64,000 bases of DNA from Scyliorhinus canicula. Taxonomy: Eukaryota. Below the pieces are notes generated by a model. It was not told the DNA's origin. It saw only the letters and a list, made by a program, of their open reading frames with translations, and searched no databases. The position numbers and the translations under genes are program-made. The stretch covers positions 39,011,908 through 39,075,907 of the forward strand of contig NC_052161.1 in the NCBI RefSeq assembly GCF_902713615.1, in the 5' to 3' direction. This document shows, one piece after another, positions 13,501-62,027 of this stretch; the first letter of the stretch is position 1, and every line of letters starts with the position of its first letter.

Positions 13501-14239
13501 TTACCTTATGATCAGTAAGACCTGTATGGAAATGGAAAAGAAAAAAAAGACACAACAAAAAGGCAAGCAGAAAGAAGAATTAATGTTTGCAAATGCAGAA
13601 GATGAGTTCTTTTATGAGGTGAGTTCCTCCCACACCCCCAACCCTTCAAACAAGAGGATTGTATTTGATAGGATAAACCAATTATGATAACTTAATTCAC
13701 TTTCTTGTCAAGCCTATCATCAATATCATTTATAAAAGCAGGAAATGCTGGATAAACTCAGAACTACAGAAGGGTCATACGGATTTGAAACACTGACTCT
13801 GTTTCTCTCTCCACAGCTGCTGCCAGACCTGCTGAGCTTATCCAGCATTTTCTGTTTTTACTCAGATTTCCTGCATCCAGATTATTTTGCTTTTATCAAA
13901 GTCCTTTTATTGCATGGCTGAGGTTCATGTTTTTAAGAGATCTGCAAGTAAAGTAAAAAATAGCCATTTGTCCATTACTGTTTAAATGTAAATGTGTTAT
14001 TTTGTTTGATTGAATGCTTTATTATTCTAATTTGACTTCCCAGTTCTAATTATCTGCCTTTATTCTAGCAATCGGTTCTGACATTCAGCTACTCGGTGCA
14101 AGAAGAGAGCGACAGCTGTCTGTCTGGACGCTGGTGTTTTGATGACATTCCGATGAAACCTCTTCGCACAGTTATGCTAATTCCTGCTGACTGCATAAAT
14201 ACAATTATGGAGAAACTCAAAGAATACCTAACGATATAA
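4388..14239 (+). CDS. BCCIP: BRCA2 and CDKN1A-interacting protein (BCCIP, beta-type C-terminus), 7 coding exons; frame disrupted in this sequence at the exon 2 acceptor and in exon 4
   Basis: Exons 4388-4501, ~6356-6427, 6533-6613, 7706-7797, 11649-11833, 13447-13618, 14069-14239. Diagnostic peptides VDFEAH..SDND..GIKRLLKQ, LFLKA..QQNHVGSVI, FGFITVLNLTERK, SERFINVPPQI, FANAEDEFF, LSGRW.FDD.PMKPLRTVM. Borders are GT-AG except as noted. Confidence 0.95.
4620..6025. repeat. G-rich ~27-30-bp minisatellite (ggaggagccttggcagagtggttgggggg) in BCCIP intron 1
   Basis: Dozens of units, each with G runs of variable length. Confidence 0.95.
6356..6427 (+). CDS. BCCIP: BCCIP exon 2 (VQVDFEAHAISDNDHSGIKRLLKQ); no usable in-phase AG acceptor
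   Basis: Conserved peptide; donor cag|gtaact at 6428; 5' border uncertain. Confidence 0.8.
6533..6613 (+). CDS. BCCIP: BCCIP exon 3 (LFLKANVNITELANIIIQQNHVGSVIR)
   Basis: ttttgcag| acceptor, |gtaagg donor, 81 nt. Confidence 0.92.
7706..7797 (+). CDS. BCCIP: BCCIP exon 4 (QAEIL..ESSDEDDEDVIFGFITVLNLTERK); 92 nt, apparent 2-nt insertion
   Basis: ttttaaag| acceptor and aag|gtaagt donor. Removing tt at 7723-7724 restores a 30-codon exon. Confidence 0.85.
7886..8205 (-). mobile_element. tRNA-derived shark SINE (HE1-like, CR1-type tail)
   Basis: A/B-box head gggcggcacagtggttagcac..gggttcaattc; shared core; ctatgat tail. Confidence 0.85.
8400..9600 (-). mobile_element. Degenerate Penelope-like retroelement fragment, interrupted by a SINE at ~9255-9465
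   Basis: Minus-strand remnants resemble the SVLSKGLSF.P..P.LNEF....DVE.F.RRLR.RAHF N-terminal region of fish Penelope-like elements (recall). Confidence 0.5.
9600..10750 (+). mobile_element. CR1-clade LINE 3' fragment with internal rearrangement
   Basis: KFADVTK, QDLDRLETWA..WQMEFNPDKCEVMHFG, SYEERL.KLGLFSLE; typical shark CR1 3' tail. Confidence 0.9.
11649..11833 (+). CDS. BCCIP: BCCIP exon 5 (GTESVEQIKELVL...SERFINVPPQISLPLHKQL)
   Basis: ctccag| acceptor, ca|gtaagg donor, phase 2. Confidence 0.93.
11972..12280 (-). mobile_element. tRNA-derived SINE
   Basis: Same head and core as the other copies. Confidence 0.85.
12600..13005 (+). mobile_element. L1/Tx1-like LINE 3' end fragment
   Basis: AFASLIA.RRILL.WRS-like peptide, T-rich 3' UTR, AATAAA; similar to 40290-40680. 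Confidence 0.55.
13447..13618 (+). CDS. BCCIP: BCCIP exon 6 (AELMDAHK...FANAEDEFFYE)
   Basis: gtttag| acceptor, gag|gtgagt donor. Confidence 0.93.
14069..14239 (+). CDS. BCCIP: BCCIP exon 7 (QSVLTFSYSVQEESD...LKEYLTI*)
   Basis: ttctag| acceptor; TAA at 14237-14239; AATAAA at 14275 and 14346. Confidence 0.93.
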   Translation, partial: QSVLTFSYSVQEESDSCLSGRWCFDDIPMKPLRTVMLIPADCINTIMEKLKEYLTI

Positions 14240-14620
14240 CCAACTGTAATTATAGAAATCATTCATTTTAGGTAAATAAATTGGACTATGAAGTTTCAAA
14301 TTGTAAATATTATGCAGTTATTTTATCCTGTTAATTTGGTATTTTAATAAAAAAGTGAAACCTTATCGATGGAATTAATAAAATTAATTCCTTGCAATAT
14401 TTTGGTCTGTACTTTATTTAGACAAAGGAATATTAAAACTTTTAGACAAAGTAATACATCAGGGTTAAAATTTAACCAGCAGAGGAAAACAATCAGGATT
14501 AAAGCCGTTCACATTCCTGGAGTGGCTTTATGTGACTTTACACCACAACGTGTAAACATAATAAGCTTTTTGGCCCTTCAAATTATTTTTGCCCAGTCTT
14601 GTATCATGCAAGTTAGTACA

Positions 14621-52161
<37,541 letters not shown>

Positions 52162-54809
52162 GGTAACCGCAGTGTGAACGAGGAAAGGCTTCAGCAGACT
52201 ATCGCACCCAAGTGATTTCAATCAGTTTTGTCAGTTACCTGGGTCCTGTAACCAGTTAAACATCCACACCAGCACCCACTGCTACAATTCGCAGCCACTT
52301 CACACTCTCCCCGTCCTCTGTTTTTTGGCAGCGATCATCTGCAAACGAAATGCATGTTTATTGCAAATCGACTGTTTGAAGCTATTGCTACACACACACA
52401 AAAAAATAACTTTCTCCTTTCTTTTTTTCAGTTCAAAGCTGCCCGATTTCCCTCCATCTCAGCCCACGTGTCGGGCTATTGACTGACTGGATCGCCAGGG
52501 CTAAAGGAGAGAGTGTTGTGCAGAATAATACGGTCATGTGGCCACTTAATCTCTTCACAATACCGGCCGGGAAATGCTTGTTGGAAACTGCAGAGTGTGA
52601 AAGCTTTAATTGGTCTCACAGTCACCGGCTGCACAAACACATCTGTCACTGGAGCGGCTGGCCGAGGCGCTGGCACTAATGCAAATCGCATTGAATTGTG
52701 CTTGGCTCCCGCGATCCGAGCGGCTGCTGGCTGGAGCTTGGGGGGGGGGGGGGGGGGCATCGGCTAACCCAGAAAATAACCTTCCCAAGCCAGGAACCGT
52801 TCCAATGCAACTTTCATGGGGCTGCAGGCAATGTCTCGAGCTCCGGCACATTTTCACTCACTTTCACTTCTTTATTAAGAATTAAGGAGACCCAAGTACA
52901 TGAGAAACTGATGTTGAAGTGAGTTTGAGGTCTGGAGCTTGCAGGAAGGTGAAAGAATTCACCCAGTTTTGCCACCCCGGGCAATCTTGGTTAATCCTGA
53001 TTTCAACACAGTCGGGGTGTCGTGAGCAGGTCATCAGTCCAGATGTTTGGAATTTAGAAGCAATAAGTGGTTTGAGAGGAGCTCTGACCAGTCTCTAGAA
53101 AGAAAGAGACTGGGGTACCCGCGTGAGGGTTTAAGAGAGATGTGTGTGAAGCCTCCGTTGGTATGGGAGCAATGTAAGACTTTCTAGGAAGTTAAGAATG
53201 AATGAGAAAATACAATTCCCTCTTCAGACAGTTTTAGCAACAGAGATATGGTGATTCCATCTCAGGCCAGTGCAGTTAGTGGGTGAAGGACGCCTAAGAC
53301 ACGAAGGATTTATCATTACCTGTTAATCGCAGGAAGAACAGGAATAAACTGTGCCAGTGAAACCCTGGGAGAAGAATTGTAATGGCTACATTTATAATCG
53401 AATTGTAAGCACTCGGTTTGAATGTATTCACAATGTTTTACACACAGCACAACGAGTAATGTTTCTCCCCATCCACCCTACTCCTTTCAGGTAACCATTC
53501 AAGTGACTAACTTGACTACAGCACTCAACATTAAAGGGGCAATATCTTTGTCAAAAAATGATATAAGTTGTTCTAAACGTGCTTGTTGCCTAACATTTCA
53601 TGTAATATGTAAAAGTAAAAAACACTTTCACATCAATTGTCCGTGATAGAATTGTGATTAAAACTTTGCCACAGTTTTCCCGCCATTCTTGTCCCTAAAG
53701 GTTTAAGGTGCGATGGGGCAAGGTTTAGAGGAGATGTACGAGGTAAGTTTTTTACACAGAGGGTAGTGGGTGCCTGGAACTCACTGCCGGAGGAGGTGGT
53801 GGAAGCAGGAAGATAGTAATGTTTAAGGGGCATCTTGACATTACATGAATAGGATGGGAATAGAGGGATATGGACCCCGGAAGTGTAGAAGGTTTGAGTT
53901 TAGACGGGCAGCATGGTCGGCACAGGCTTGGAGGGATGAAGGGCCTGTTCCTGTGCTGTACTTTTCTTTGTTCTTTGTTCGTTGTTCTAAAGATAAAAAT
54001 GGTAAACCGTGGGAGGGATTCACCATCGGCCGACACCAGAATTGGGAAATGTGATTGGACAGAGAATCATTTCCGATGCTGAAATCACAGCGGACACCGA
54101 TTTCATGCCAAATCGCAATTCACTGTCGCTTTGACAGCCGTGCCAATGCGTTCCAGAACGCATGTACAGTAACCGCCATTGGCATATTATTAGCGGGACC
54201 GTCCCGTTATTCTCCAGGGCCTTGCGATTCTCTGGCTCCAATGGGCCGAATTCCTGAAGGCGCAGTTTACTTGTGCTTTCAAAAATCATGAAACAGGCGT
54301 CATGGCTGCTGAGGGAGAGAGAGAGGGTACGGAAAGTGTCCAACATCGCCAGAATTTGCTGACAGTCGTGCAGATGGCCGAGGGGTCAGAGGGAATAGTG
54401 GGGTTGGTCAAGAGGTGTACTATGGATTTGGGGTGGATGGGCATAGAACACCATTGCCGCAGCCGGAAAGGTAGCCATGCAGCCACGCACGCTGCTGACT
54501 GCCCACTGTGAACTTAGGACCACAGGTTGTATGTGTGTCCCTCCAGGCCACCCCCCGAGGTGCCCTCTGGACCCAGCAACCCATCAGCTGTATGGGCGTG
54601 TTTCAGCACAACCAGTGCCATCTTGTTGGCTGAGATGCAGCTTGTCAGCTTCCTGAGTGTCAATCGTGAATCCAGCACTGTTTCTCATTGGAATTGATTG
54701 TGATCCATGTGGCGCCGCTCATAACCCCTTAACAGACGTTGAATCGGTCGAGACACAGCGCCAGTTTTTGCTGTCTTGAAAGTCCACGGATCCTGCCCTG
54801 TGTCAACAG

Positions 54810-55717
54810 TGTAGCCACCTGAGATGGCCACTAACAAACACAAAATGGAAGACTGCAAAGAATGCAGGGAAAACGGACATGTTAAAAAGCAAACAGCTTG
54901 CAGAGCAATTATGTATTGGGACAACTGCAGAAACCGGTTTCTGACTGCTGCAGAGACCAGGCAGCGCTGTGAAAGAGAAGTCGTTAGCATACTAATGAGG
55001 TGATACCGGGCAAGTCCCAGATACAATGGACACAAATTAAGTATCAATCGATACATTCTATAGGAAACCAGACCCAGTGGCGCCAGAGAAGCCCAGGACA
55101 ATAAGTCCTAAGAACCGCCCCAGCAACCAAGGAACGGCCCTATGATTGGGGAGTTCAAACCATATCGATTGGTAAGAGGCCCAATCGATCCCAAGCAGGT
55201 AAGGGAGTCCGCCCAAAGGGGCGCGGACCCCCTGGGACCTATAAAAGAAAGGTCCCACACATGGTTCAGTCTCCTGTCTCCGGCCTCCAGCTCCAGCCTC
55301 CAGACCCCTGTCTTCTACATCAGCTGTTGAGCAGCAGCCGCCAATAAGTAAGTGCCTAACGACGACCGCTACCTGAAACCGGTATTACTTACACCCTTGC
55401 TGACTGATAGTGATCTGAAGCCTGCAGACCAGACCAGAACAAAGGCCTTGTTCCCTGACCTCGCAGTTCCTTCTTAGCTAAGTATTAGTTGTTTAGTGGT
55501 AGAAGTAGGTTTAATCTTTAGCGTGTGCATGAGTGTTATAATTGTGTTATAATAAACTCTAATTGTTTTGGACTTACTAATTGGTGTACAGCTTTATTGC
55601 TTTGAACTTGACCTTGAAACTTGTGACGGTGTCTTTACGGCACCTGGCGACTCCAGAGCTTAGAACGAGAAACAGAGCCAAGTGAGTGTTAAGCACACTC
55701 ACCCAGAACAACCAACA
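54810..55717 (+). mobile_element. Solo LTR (908 bp) inserted in a Harbinger-type MITE (~54010-55745)
   Basis: TG...CA ends; acag/acac 4-bp flanks; ATTGG boxes; TATAAAA at ~55240; AATAAA at 55551; host sequence resumes on both sides. Confidence 0.7.
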
Positions 55718-56467
55718 ACACTTAGACCCAGGAACGGAGAATCCAATTAATAATCTTTAGTGTCACAAGTAGGCTTACATTAACACTGCAATGAAGTTAC
55801 TGTGAAAAGTCCCTAGTCACCACATTCCGGCGCCTGTTCGGGTATACAGAGAGAGAATTCAGAATGTCCAAATCACCTGACAGGCATGCCTTTCAGGACT
55901 TGTGGGAGGAAACCGGAGCACCCGGAGGAAACCCACCCAGACACGGGCAGAATGTGCAGACTCCATATAGACAACGACCCAAGCCGGGAATCGAACCTGG
56001 AACCCTGGTGCTGTGAAGCCGAAATGCTAACCAATATGCTACTGTGCTGCCCCAACTTTCTCAGGAATAGACACTGCCTCTTTAAAGAAACCAAAATAAT
56101 CATAGACTTGGCATTAATTTTGTTAAGAGTTAAAATTCTTGGTGATATTTTGTAATTTGCAGCATACAAACCACAATCTCTGTATTTTTATTAATCTCTA
56201 CTGAGAATTTTGTGTCAAGGAGATGTCAGATTATAAATTGGTTTCACTGAGGTTATTTTGGTGTAAAATGTGGGGAATCTGTAACATAGGATACAGCAAT
56301 AATTTTCTTTGAGTTCACTATTTGCAGTGAACCATTCCCCAAATTCTATTCAAGAATATGATTATGGATTCTAACTTAGTTAGTTTATTTATATATCAGT
56401 AACAGTTTAAAATGATTAGTACCAAATTCCTGCAACTATTTTTAATAAAAATCAAGGACGAAGACTG

Positions 56468-56954
56468 CTCTCTTCTCTGGGTCGACATCCAAGATGGGTC
56501 GTGTCAGGACTAAGACAGTCAAGAAAGCAGCCCGAGTGATCATCGAAAAGTATTACACCCGCTTTGGCAATGACTTCCACACCAACAAGAGGGTCTGCGA
56601 GGAGATTGCCATCATCCCCAGTAAGAAAGTTTGCAACACAATTGCAGGGTATGTGACACACATAATGAAGAGTATTCAGCGTGGGCCTGTCAGAGGTATC
56701 TCCATCAAACTGCAGGAAGAAGAGTGGGAGGGGAGTGATAACGATGTCCCAAAGGTTTCCGCTCGGGATCGGGAGATGATTGAGGTGGACCCAGGTACCA
56801 AGGAGATGCTGAAGCTACTGGACTTTGGCAGCTTGTCCAACCTGCAGGTCACACAGCCTTCAGTACGAATGGCCTTCAGGACTCCAAGAATCTGAAAAAT
56901 ATTTGTACTATAATGCTCCATCATTAAAAAAAAGTTAAAAGCGCAAAACAAAAG
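56468..56954 (+). pseudogene. RPS17: Processed (retro)copy of 40S ribosomal protein S17; ORF 56494-56895 open but with many non-conservative changes
   Basis: Intronless [21 protein letters not shown]...[13 protein letters not shown]. Has a 5' pyrimidine (TOP-like) leader, ATTAAA, a degenerate A-tail, and imperfect 14-bp flanking repeats at 56447-56460 and 56955-56968. Confidence 0.92.
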
Positions 56955-56999
56955 AAAATTCATGGAGGTGAGGCTGTAAGAGGCCTGCTTCCCCAGAGC

Positions 57000-57720
57000 T
57001 TCTCATCCTTATTCATCTTCAACCACATGCTGCCCCTTGGCAACATCATCTGCAAACATGAGGTTGCTGTTTGTAACCCTGGTATTCTGTTTGACACCAA
57101 GCTGAACTTCGAACCCGATATCCTCTCCATTACAGAGAGCACCAACTTACACCTCCGTCACATCACCCGCCTGTGCCCTGCCTCAGCCTGCCTCTGAAGA
57201 TTTTACCCATGCCTATGTCATCTCCAGATAAGATTATATCAATACATTCTTGACTGGCCTCCAATTCTCCACCCTTCCTAATCCAGTTTATCCAAACCTG
57301 TCATCCATATCAGATCCTGCACTAAGTACTACTGATCGATCACCTTATCCATTTCCAGTTTTCCACCACGTCCGATTTTAAATCCCCACTCTCATATTGT
57401 ATCCCTTCATAGCTTTGCCCCTCCCTATTTCTGGAACCTCTTCCCATCACAATACCGCACCCCTCAGAACTCTGTATACCTCTGATTCTGCCCTGTTGTG
57501 AAATTTGCTTTCACTCCCTATCTGTTGGCCACTGTTGCTTCTGTCATCCAGGGCCCCAGAACTTGCTCCATAAATGTCTCCAACTCTCCCTCTTTAAACC
57601 AACTTCTTTAACCACGTTTTCAGTTATCCTTCCGCATCTCTCATAGAACTCTGCATTCAGTCTTCACTGATGAATCTTTTGTGAAGTGCCTCGGCACATT
57701 TTCTACATTGAAATAGTTAT
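57000..57720 (+). mobile_element. Old L2-like LINE 3' fragment
   Basis: Remnants NPGILFD..L.F, HAYVISR.DY.N..L.GLP; tail tacattgaaatagttatacaaacacaagctgt. Confidence 0.6.
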
Positions 57721-57989
57721 ACAAACACAAGCTGTACTTGTTAAAACAGTTACACCCCATGGAAGGTCTTTTTAAAACGAAGGTAGTCCGATGCACTTCC
57801 TGGCATAGGTTAAACTCATATATGTACCTAAATGTTGATTTGCATTTTTCGTCTGTCATTAACTTTTTCTGTGATAGCAACATAACTTGACTACTTCGAA
57901 AATACTTTTACTTCAGCACAGTGACTAAGATCACTTGGAGCTCAGATTCCCCAAGTGTACTGTATACAGTTGCACCGCATATTGAACAC

Positions 57990-58320
57990 AAACAGAATAC
58001 AATGACAAAGCAGAACGCCGAACAGAGCGGGGGTTGGATTGTGTGGGGCGCCGTTGTTTGCAGAGGAGCTGGGATTTGTGTCTCCCGGGCAACAGAGGAT
58101 TGGCGTCTAGAAAGAGAAAGGAAGGAGGAGAAAGCGAGATGTGGGAGAGAGAGAGAGAGAGAGCCATCACATAGCCTGAGCAGGGGAGTCAGCAGATTGG
58201 ATTAGGCTGAGGGCAGCGAGCAGAGGGGAGGGAGAGGTTAACAGAGGGAGCAGGCAGGGGATCAGGCAGAGGGGGGATTGGGGGGGGGGGGAATGAACTC
58301 CTGTTCGTCAATTGGAAAAT
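57990..58320. promoter_or_regulatory. Probable bidirectional DHX32/FANK1 promoter
   Basis: Local CpG/GC rise; RFX X-box GTCTCCCGGGCAAC at 58080-58093; ATTGG (CCAAT) at 58099, 58196 and 58277; GA microsatellite. Confidence 0.55.
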
Positions 58321-58333
58321 AATCAACGAATTC

Positions 58334-58340
58334 ATGGAAG
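58334..58340 (+). CDS. Candidate first coding exon segment (ATG GAA G) of the next gene, probably FANK1
   Basis: ATGGAAG|gtaagt is a consensus donor, downstream of an X-box/CCAAT promoter. FANK1 is head-to-head with DHX32 in mammals (synteny inference only). Confidence 0.5.
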
Positions 58341-58709
58341 GTAAGTTAAATTTGTTGAGCATGAAGTTTGATTGTGAATACATTTGCAGATTGAAAAAGT
58401 TGTATGCAATCTTGGTCCGCTGTATGTACAATTTTAGCAATAACAATTCCAGCACATGTGCGCAATGATAACAGGGAACCTGTCTAATAAATTACATAGA
58501 GAGTTTAATATGCTCACGTAAGAGTAGGAATTATACTGAATTCAAGTGTAACACTTATAGAGCACTTATATTTTAAATAATATAGAGTTGCATGGAAAGA
58601 AAACACTTGCTTAAAGGAGGGCCTTTTTACACCTACAAGATGTCCCCAAAAGCTTCACATCTGGTGGATTACTTTATGGACTGTAAAGACTTCTTAAAAA
58701 GAAAAATGC

Positions 58710-61185
58710 AGCAACCAATTTGCATGTGACAAGATTTCACAAAGAGGCCGGTCTTCACAAACCGAAAAGGGTTGCACTCGATCAACGTGCAGCTGATGTG
58801 TGACTATGAGCTGCCCATCATGCATGTCTGCGTCCGAAACGTGGGCAGTGTGCATGACGCCTTCATCCCGGCACACTCGACGGTTCCTGACACCTTTCAA
58901 CTGCATCCCCAGGTGAGGGGTTCTCCGCTGCGATCGTGGTTGATGACACCTACCCGGAGGCCACAGACCAATATGGAGACCCACTACAATGACTCCCATT
59001 CCGCGACCAGGGGTGTGATTGAGCGGTGCTTCGGTATCCTGAAGATGCGTTCAGGTGCCTGGACTGCTCTGCAGGAGCCCTCCAGTATAGCACTAGGAGG
59101 GCCTCCCACATTGTGGTGGCCTGCTGCATCCTCGACAACATCACGCAGCAGAGAGGTGACAGGCTGGAGAAGGGAGATGAACGCCAGACGAGGAGGATAA
59201 TATAATAATAGCTTATTGTCACAAGTAGACTTCAATGAAGTTACTGTGAAAAGCCCCTAGTCGCCACATTCCGGCACCTGTTCGGGGAGGCTGGTACGGG
59301 AATTGAACCCGCGCTGCTAGCGTTGTTCTGCATTGCAAACCAGCTATTTAGCCCACTGTGCTAAACCAGCCCCTGGCAGGGGAGGGTGAGGATGGGCAGG
59401 AACTGATGTCTGGGCAGGCACAAGAAGACACACAATGTGTTCACCAGGGCCAGCACGCACACCCTAATTGCCTCCAGGTTCGTGAACTGGGCCGGTGGGG
59501 GGGGTGGTGGGAGACTGGCCAGGGGCACGGACACCCCATCCCATCCTCACATCCCATCCCCCCAACTGAATCCCCCCCCCCATGACCACCCTCACTGTGC
59601 CACCTCCTCCCCCTTGCAACACCCTTCGTGATTCCTACCTGCCTCACTATGGAGTGCGGACTCTGGGTTCTACTCTGGAATGCATCTTTTGACAACGTCT
59701 GACTCCTGCCATGGAAGCACTTCCCACCATCTGCCTGGCTGTTCACTGTATGCGAACCGGCCATTCTATCACATGGTCCATCGAACCCTTGGAGTGGCGG
59801 AGGTGGGAATGGTGGGGGAGAGTTTGGGATGGAGAGGGATGGGAGTGGAGCGGGTACTGGGGCAGTGAATGGTGTCCCTGGCCTGCGCACACCCCAAGCC
59901 CCTGTCCATCACAGAGTTCTCCAGGCCTTGGACATCCTGACCCAGGGAAGATACCTATGCCCCCAGAGCCTCCACCGCGGATACCACCCATGCGGTGTTG
60001 ATCTGGCTGGCACACATTGTTGGCACTGTCTCCTGCCCCTGCAGCTTGTTGGACTCCTCCAACTGCACCTGTAGGCGCTGGATGGTTGCTGACAACCTCT
60101 CATGTTGTCCTTAGCTTTGTGATTGTATCACTATCGATGGGACCACCCTTTCCAGAAGCTCAAAACTAGACCCCATGGTCGTGCTGCCTCCACATGATAT
60201 ATCGCAGATATACACCAGATAGTGCCCTAGGAGTCTCTCTGCTAAGGTGCCCAACTGACGTGAGCATCTCTGGGATGGTGGAGGGTTTTGGAGACAGCTG
60301 ATAGAATCATAGAATTTACAGTGCAGAAGGAGGCTATTCAGCCCATCAGGTCTGCACTGGCTCTTGGAAAGAGCACCCGACCCAAGGTCAACGACTCCAC
60401 CCTATCCCCATAACCCAGTAACCCCACCCAACACTAAGGGCAATTTTGGACAGTAAGGGCAATTTATCATGGCCAATCCACCTAACCTGCACATCTTTGG
60501 ACTGTGGGAGGAAACCGGAGCACCCGGAGGAAACCCACGCACACACGGGGAAAACATGCAGACTCCGCACAGACAGTGACCCAAGCCGGACTCGAACCTG
60601 GGACCCTGGAGCTGTGAAGCGATTGTGCTATCCATAATGCTACCGTGTTGCAATGTCAGTATAGGATGTCAGTATCGTTGCCAGACTGGTGTTCCGGGGT
60701 GTTTCAGGCTGACCTTTGGGGGCTTTCTTGTGTCTGTGTCCTCATTGCTGGTATACGCACCATGCTCACGGTCTCTGCCACCTGCGCCCATGCTCAGTCT
60801 GCAGTGGTGGGTGGCAGCCTCTCTCCCACCTGGGGAACAGGGCGGTGCGCCTCTCCTCTACGACACCCAGAAAAGTCTCCTGCTCCGCATCTGCAAACCG
60901 GGGTGCCGCTCTCCGTGCTGCCATCTTGTTGGCTGGAATGAGTGTGTGTGGGGAGCGGAGTGCTAATATGCGACTGTAGCTTGTCAGCCTCTCGAGTATC
61001 AATCCTGACCCTGGCGAATTGGACACCATTTTTCACTGGAATCGCCCGTGTTCTATGTGGCGCCGGTGCTAGCCCATTAATGAATGGCTCATGTATAGCT
61101 CGGGGGCAGGCGTCAATTTAGGTGTCGTAAAAGTCCACCGATTCAATCCCAGCATCAACACTTTGTTTCTGAAAGAGAGAATCCT
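58710..61185. mobile_element. Harbinger/PIF transposon relic: HARBI1-type DDE transposase (+, ~58750-59190) and convergent Myb/SANT-like gene (-, ~60923-60700)
   Basis: NRKG.HSINVQLMCD...GSVHDAFI...LMTP.RRP...YND.HSATR.VIERCFGILKMR; MAARRAAPRFADAE.ETFL..VEERR..LFP. Interrupted by two SINEs. Confidence 0.8.
60300..60650 (-). mobile_element. tRNA-derived SINE (young)
   Basis: Reverse complement of the 33887 subtype. Confidence 0.85.
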
Positions 61186-61340
61186 ACCCCTTTACTTTCT
61201 TTCAAAAGAAACCCTCAATTTCTTTTGCCTTTTCATAACTAAAACCTCTTATTCTTGGCATAACTTTAGTGAGCCCTGGCATACCTTTTCTCATTGTTTT
61301 AACTTTCGTCCGATGAAAGTAAATAAAGGCCATTCTCCCT

Positions 61341-62027
61341 GGGCGGAATTCTCCCCCCCCAAGCCAGGTGGGGGAATCGCCGGGGCGCCACGCGAGTCCC
61401 ACCACGCTGCCCCGGCACCCTCACGTGATTATCCCCCCCCCCCAAACCAGCGCGGCGAGAATCACGGCTGGCCGCTCGGAGAATCGGCGCTCGCCGTTTG
61501 CAAAAGGTGAGCGGCGATTCTCAGGCCCGGATGGGCCGAGCGGCCGCCGCAACACGACAGGTTCCCGCCGGCGCTGTCCACACCCGGTTGCTGCCGGCGC
61601 TGTCCACACCCGGTTGCTGCCGGCGGGGACTGTACGGGAACGCTGGTGGGGGGGGGTTCCTGCACCGGGGGGGGGCCTCCGATGGGGTCTGGCCCGTGAT
61701 CGGTGCCCACCGATCGGCGGGCCGGCCTCGCTAAGGGAGGACTTCCTTTCCTCTGCTGCCCCGCAAGGCCCAATGGAGGATGGTGGCTCCATCCACCATT
61801 TTCTTGCGGGGCGGACGGCAATCGCGCATGCGTGGGTGACGTCATTTACGCAGCGCCGCTTTTTATGCGGCGCCAAGGCCCAGCGTGCGTAAATGATGCG
61901 ACGCTGCTCCTAACCCCCTGGGGGTTGGAGAATAGGGGGCTGGGAGTGGGCCCAGACGCCGGAGTGAAACACTCCGGTTTTCACTCCGGCGTCGGCACCT
62001 AGAATCCCGTTGGGAGAATTGCGGCCC
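61341..62027. mobile_element. CpG-rich Harbinger-type MITE
   Basis: gggcggaattctccc...gggagaattgcggccc TIRs; internal tandem duplication at ~61567-61625; hairpin at 61955-61993. Confidence 0.7.
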
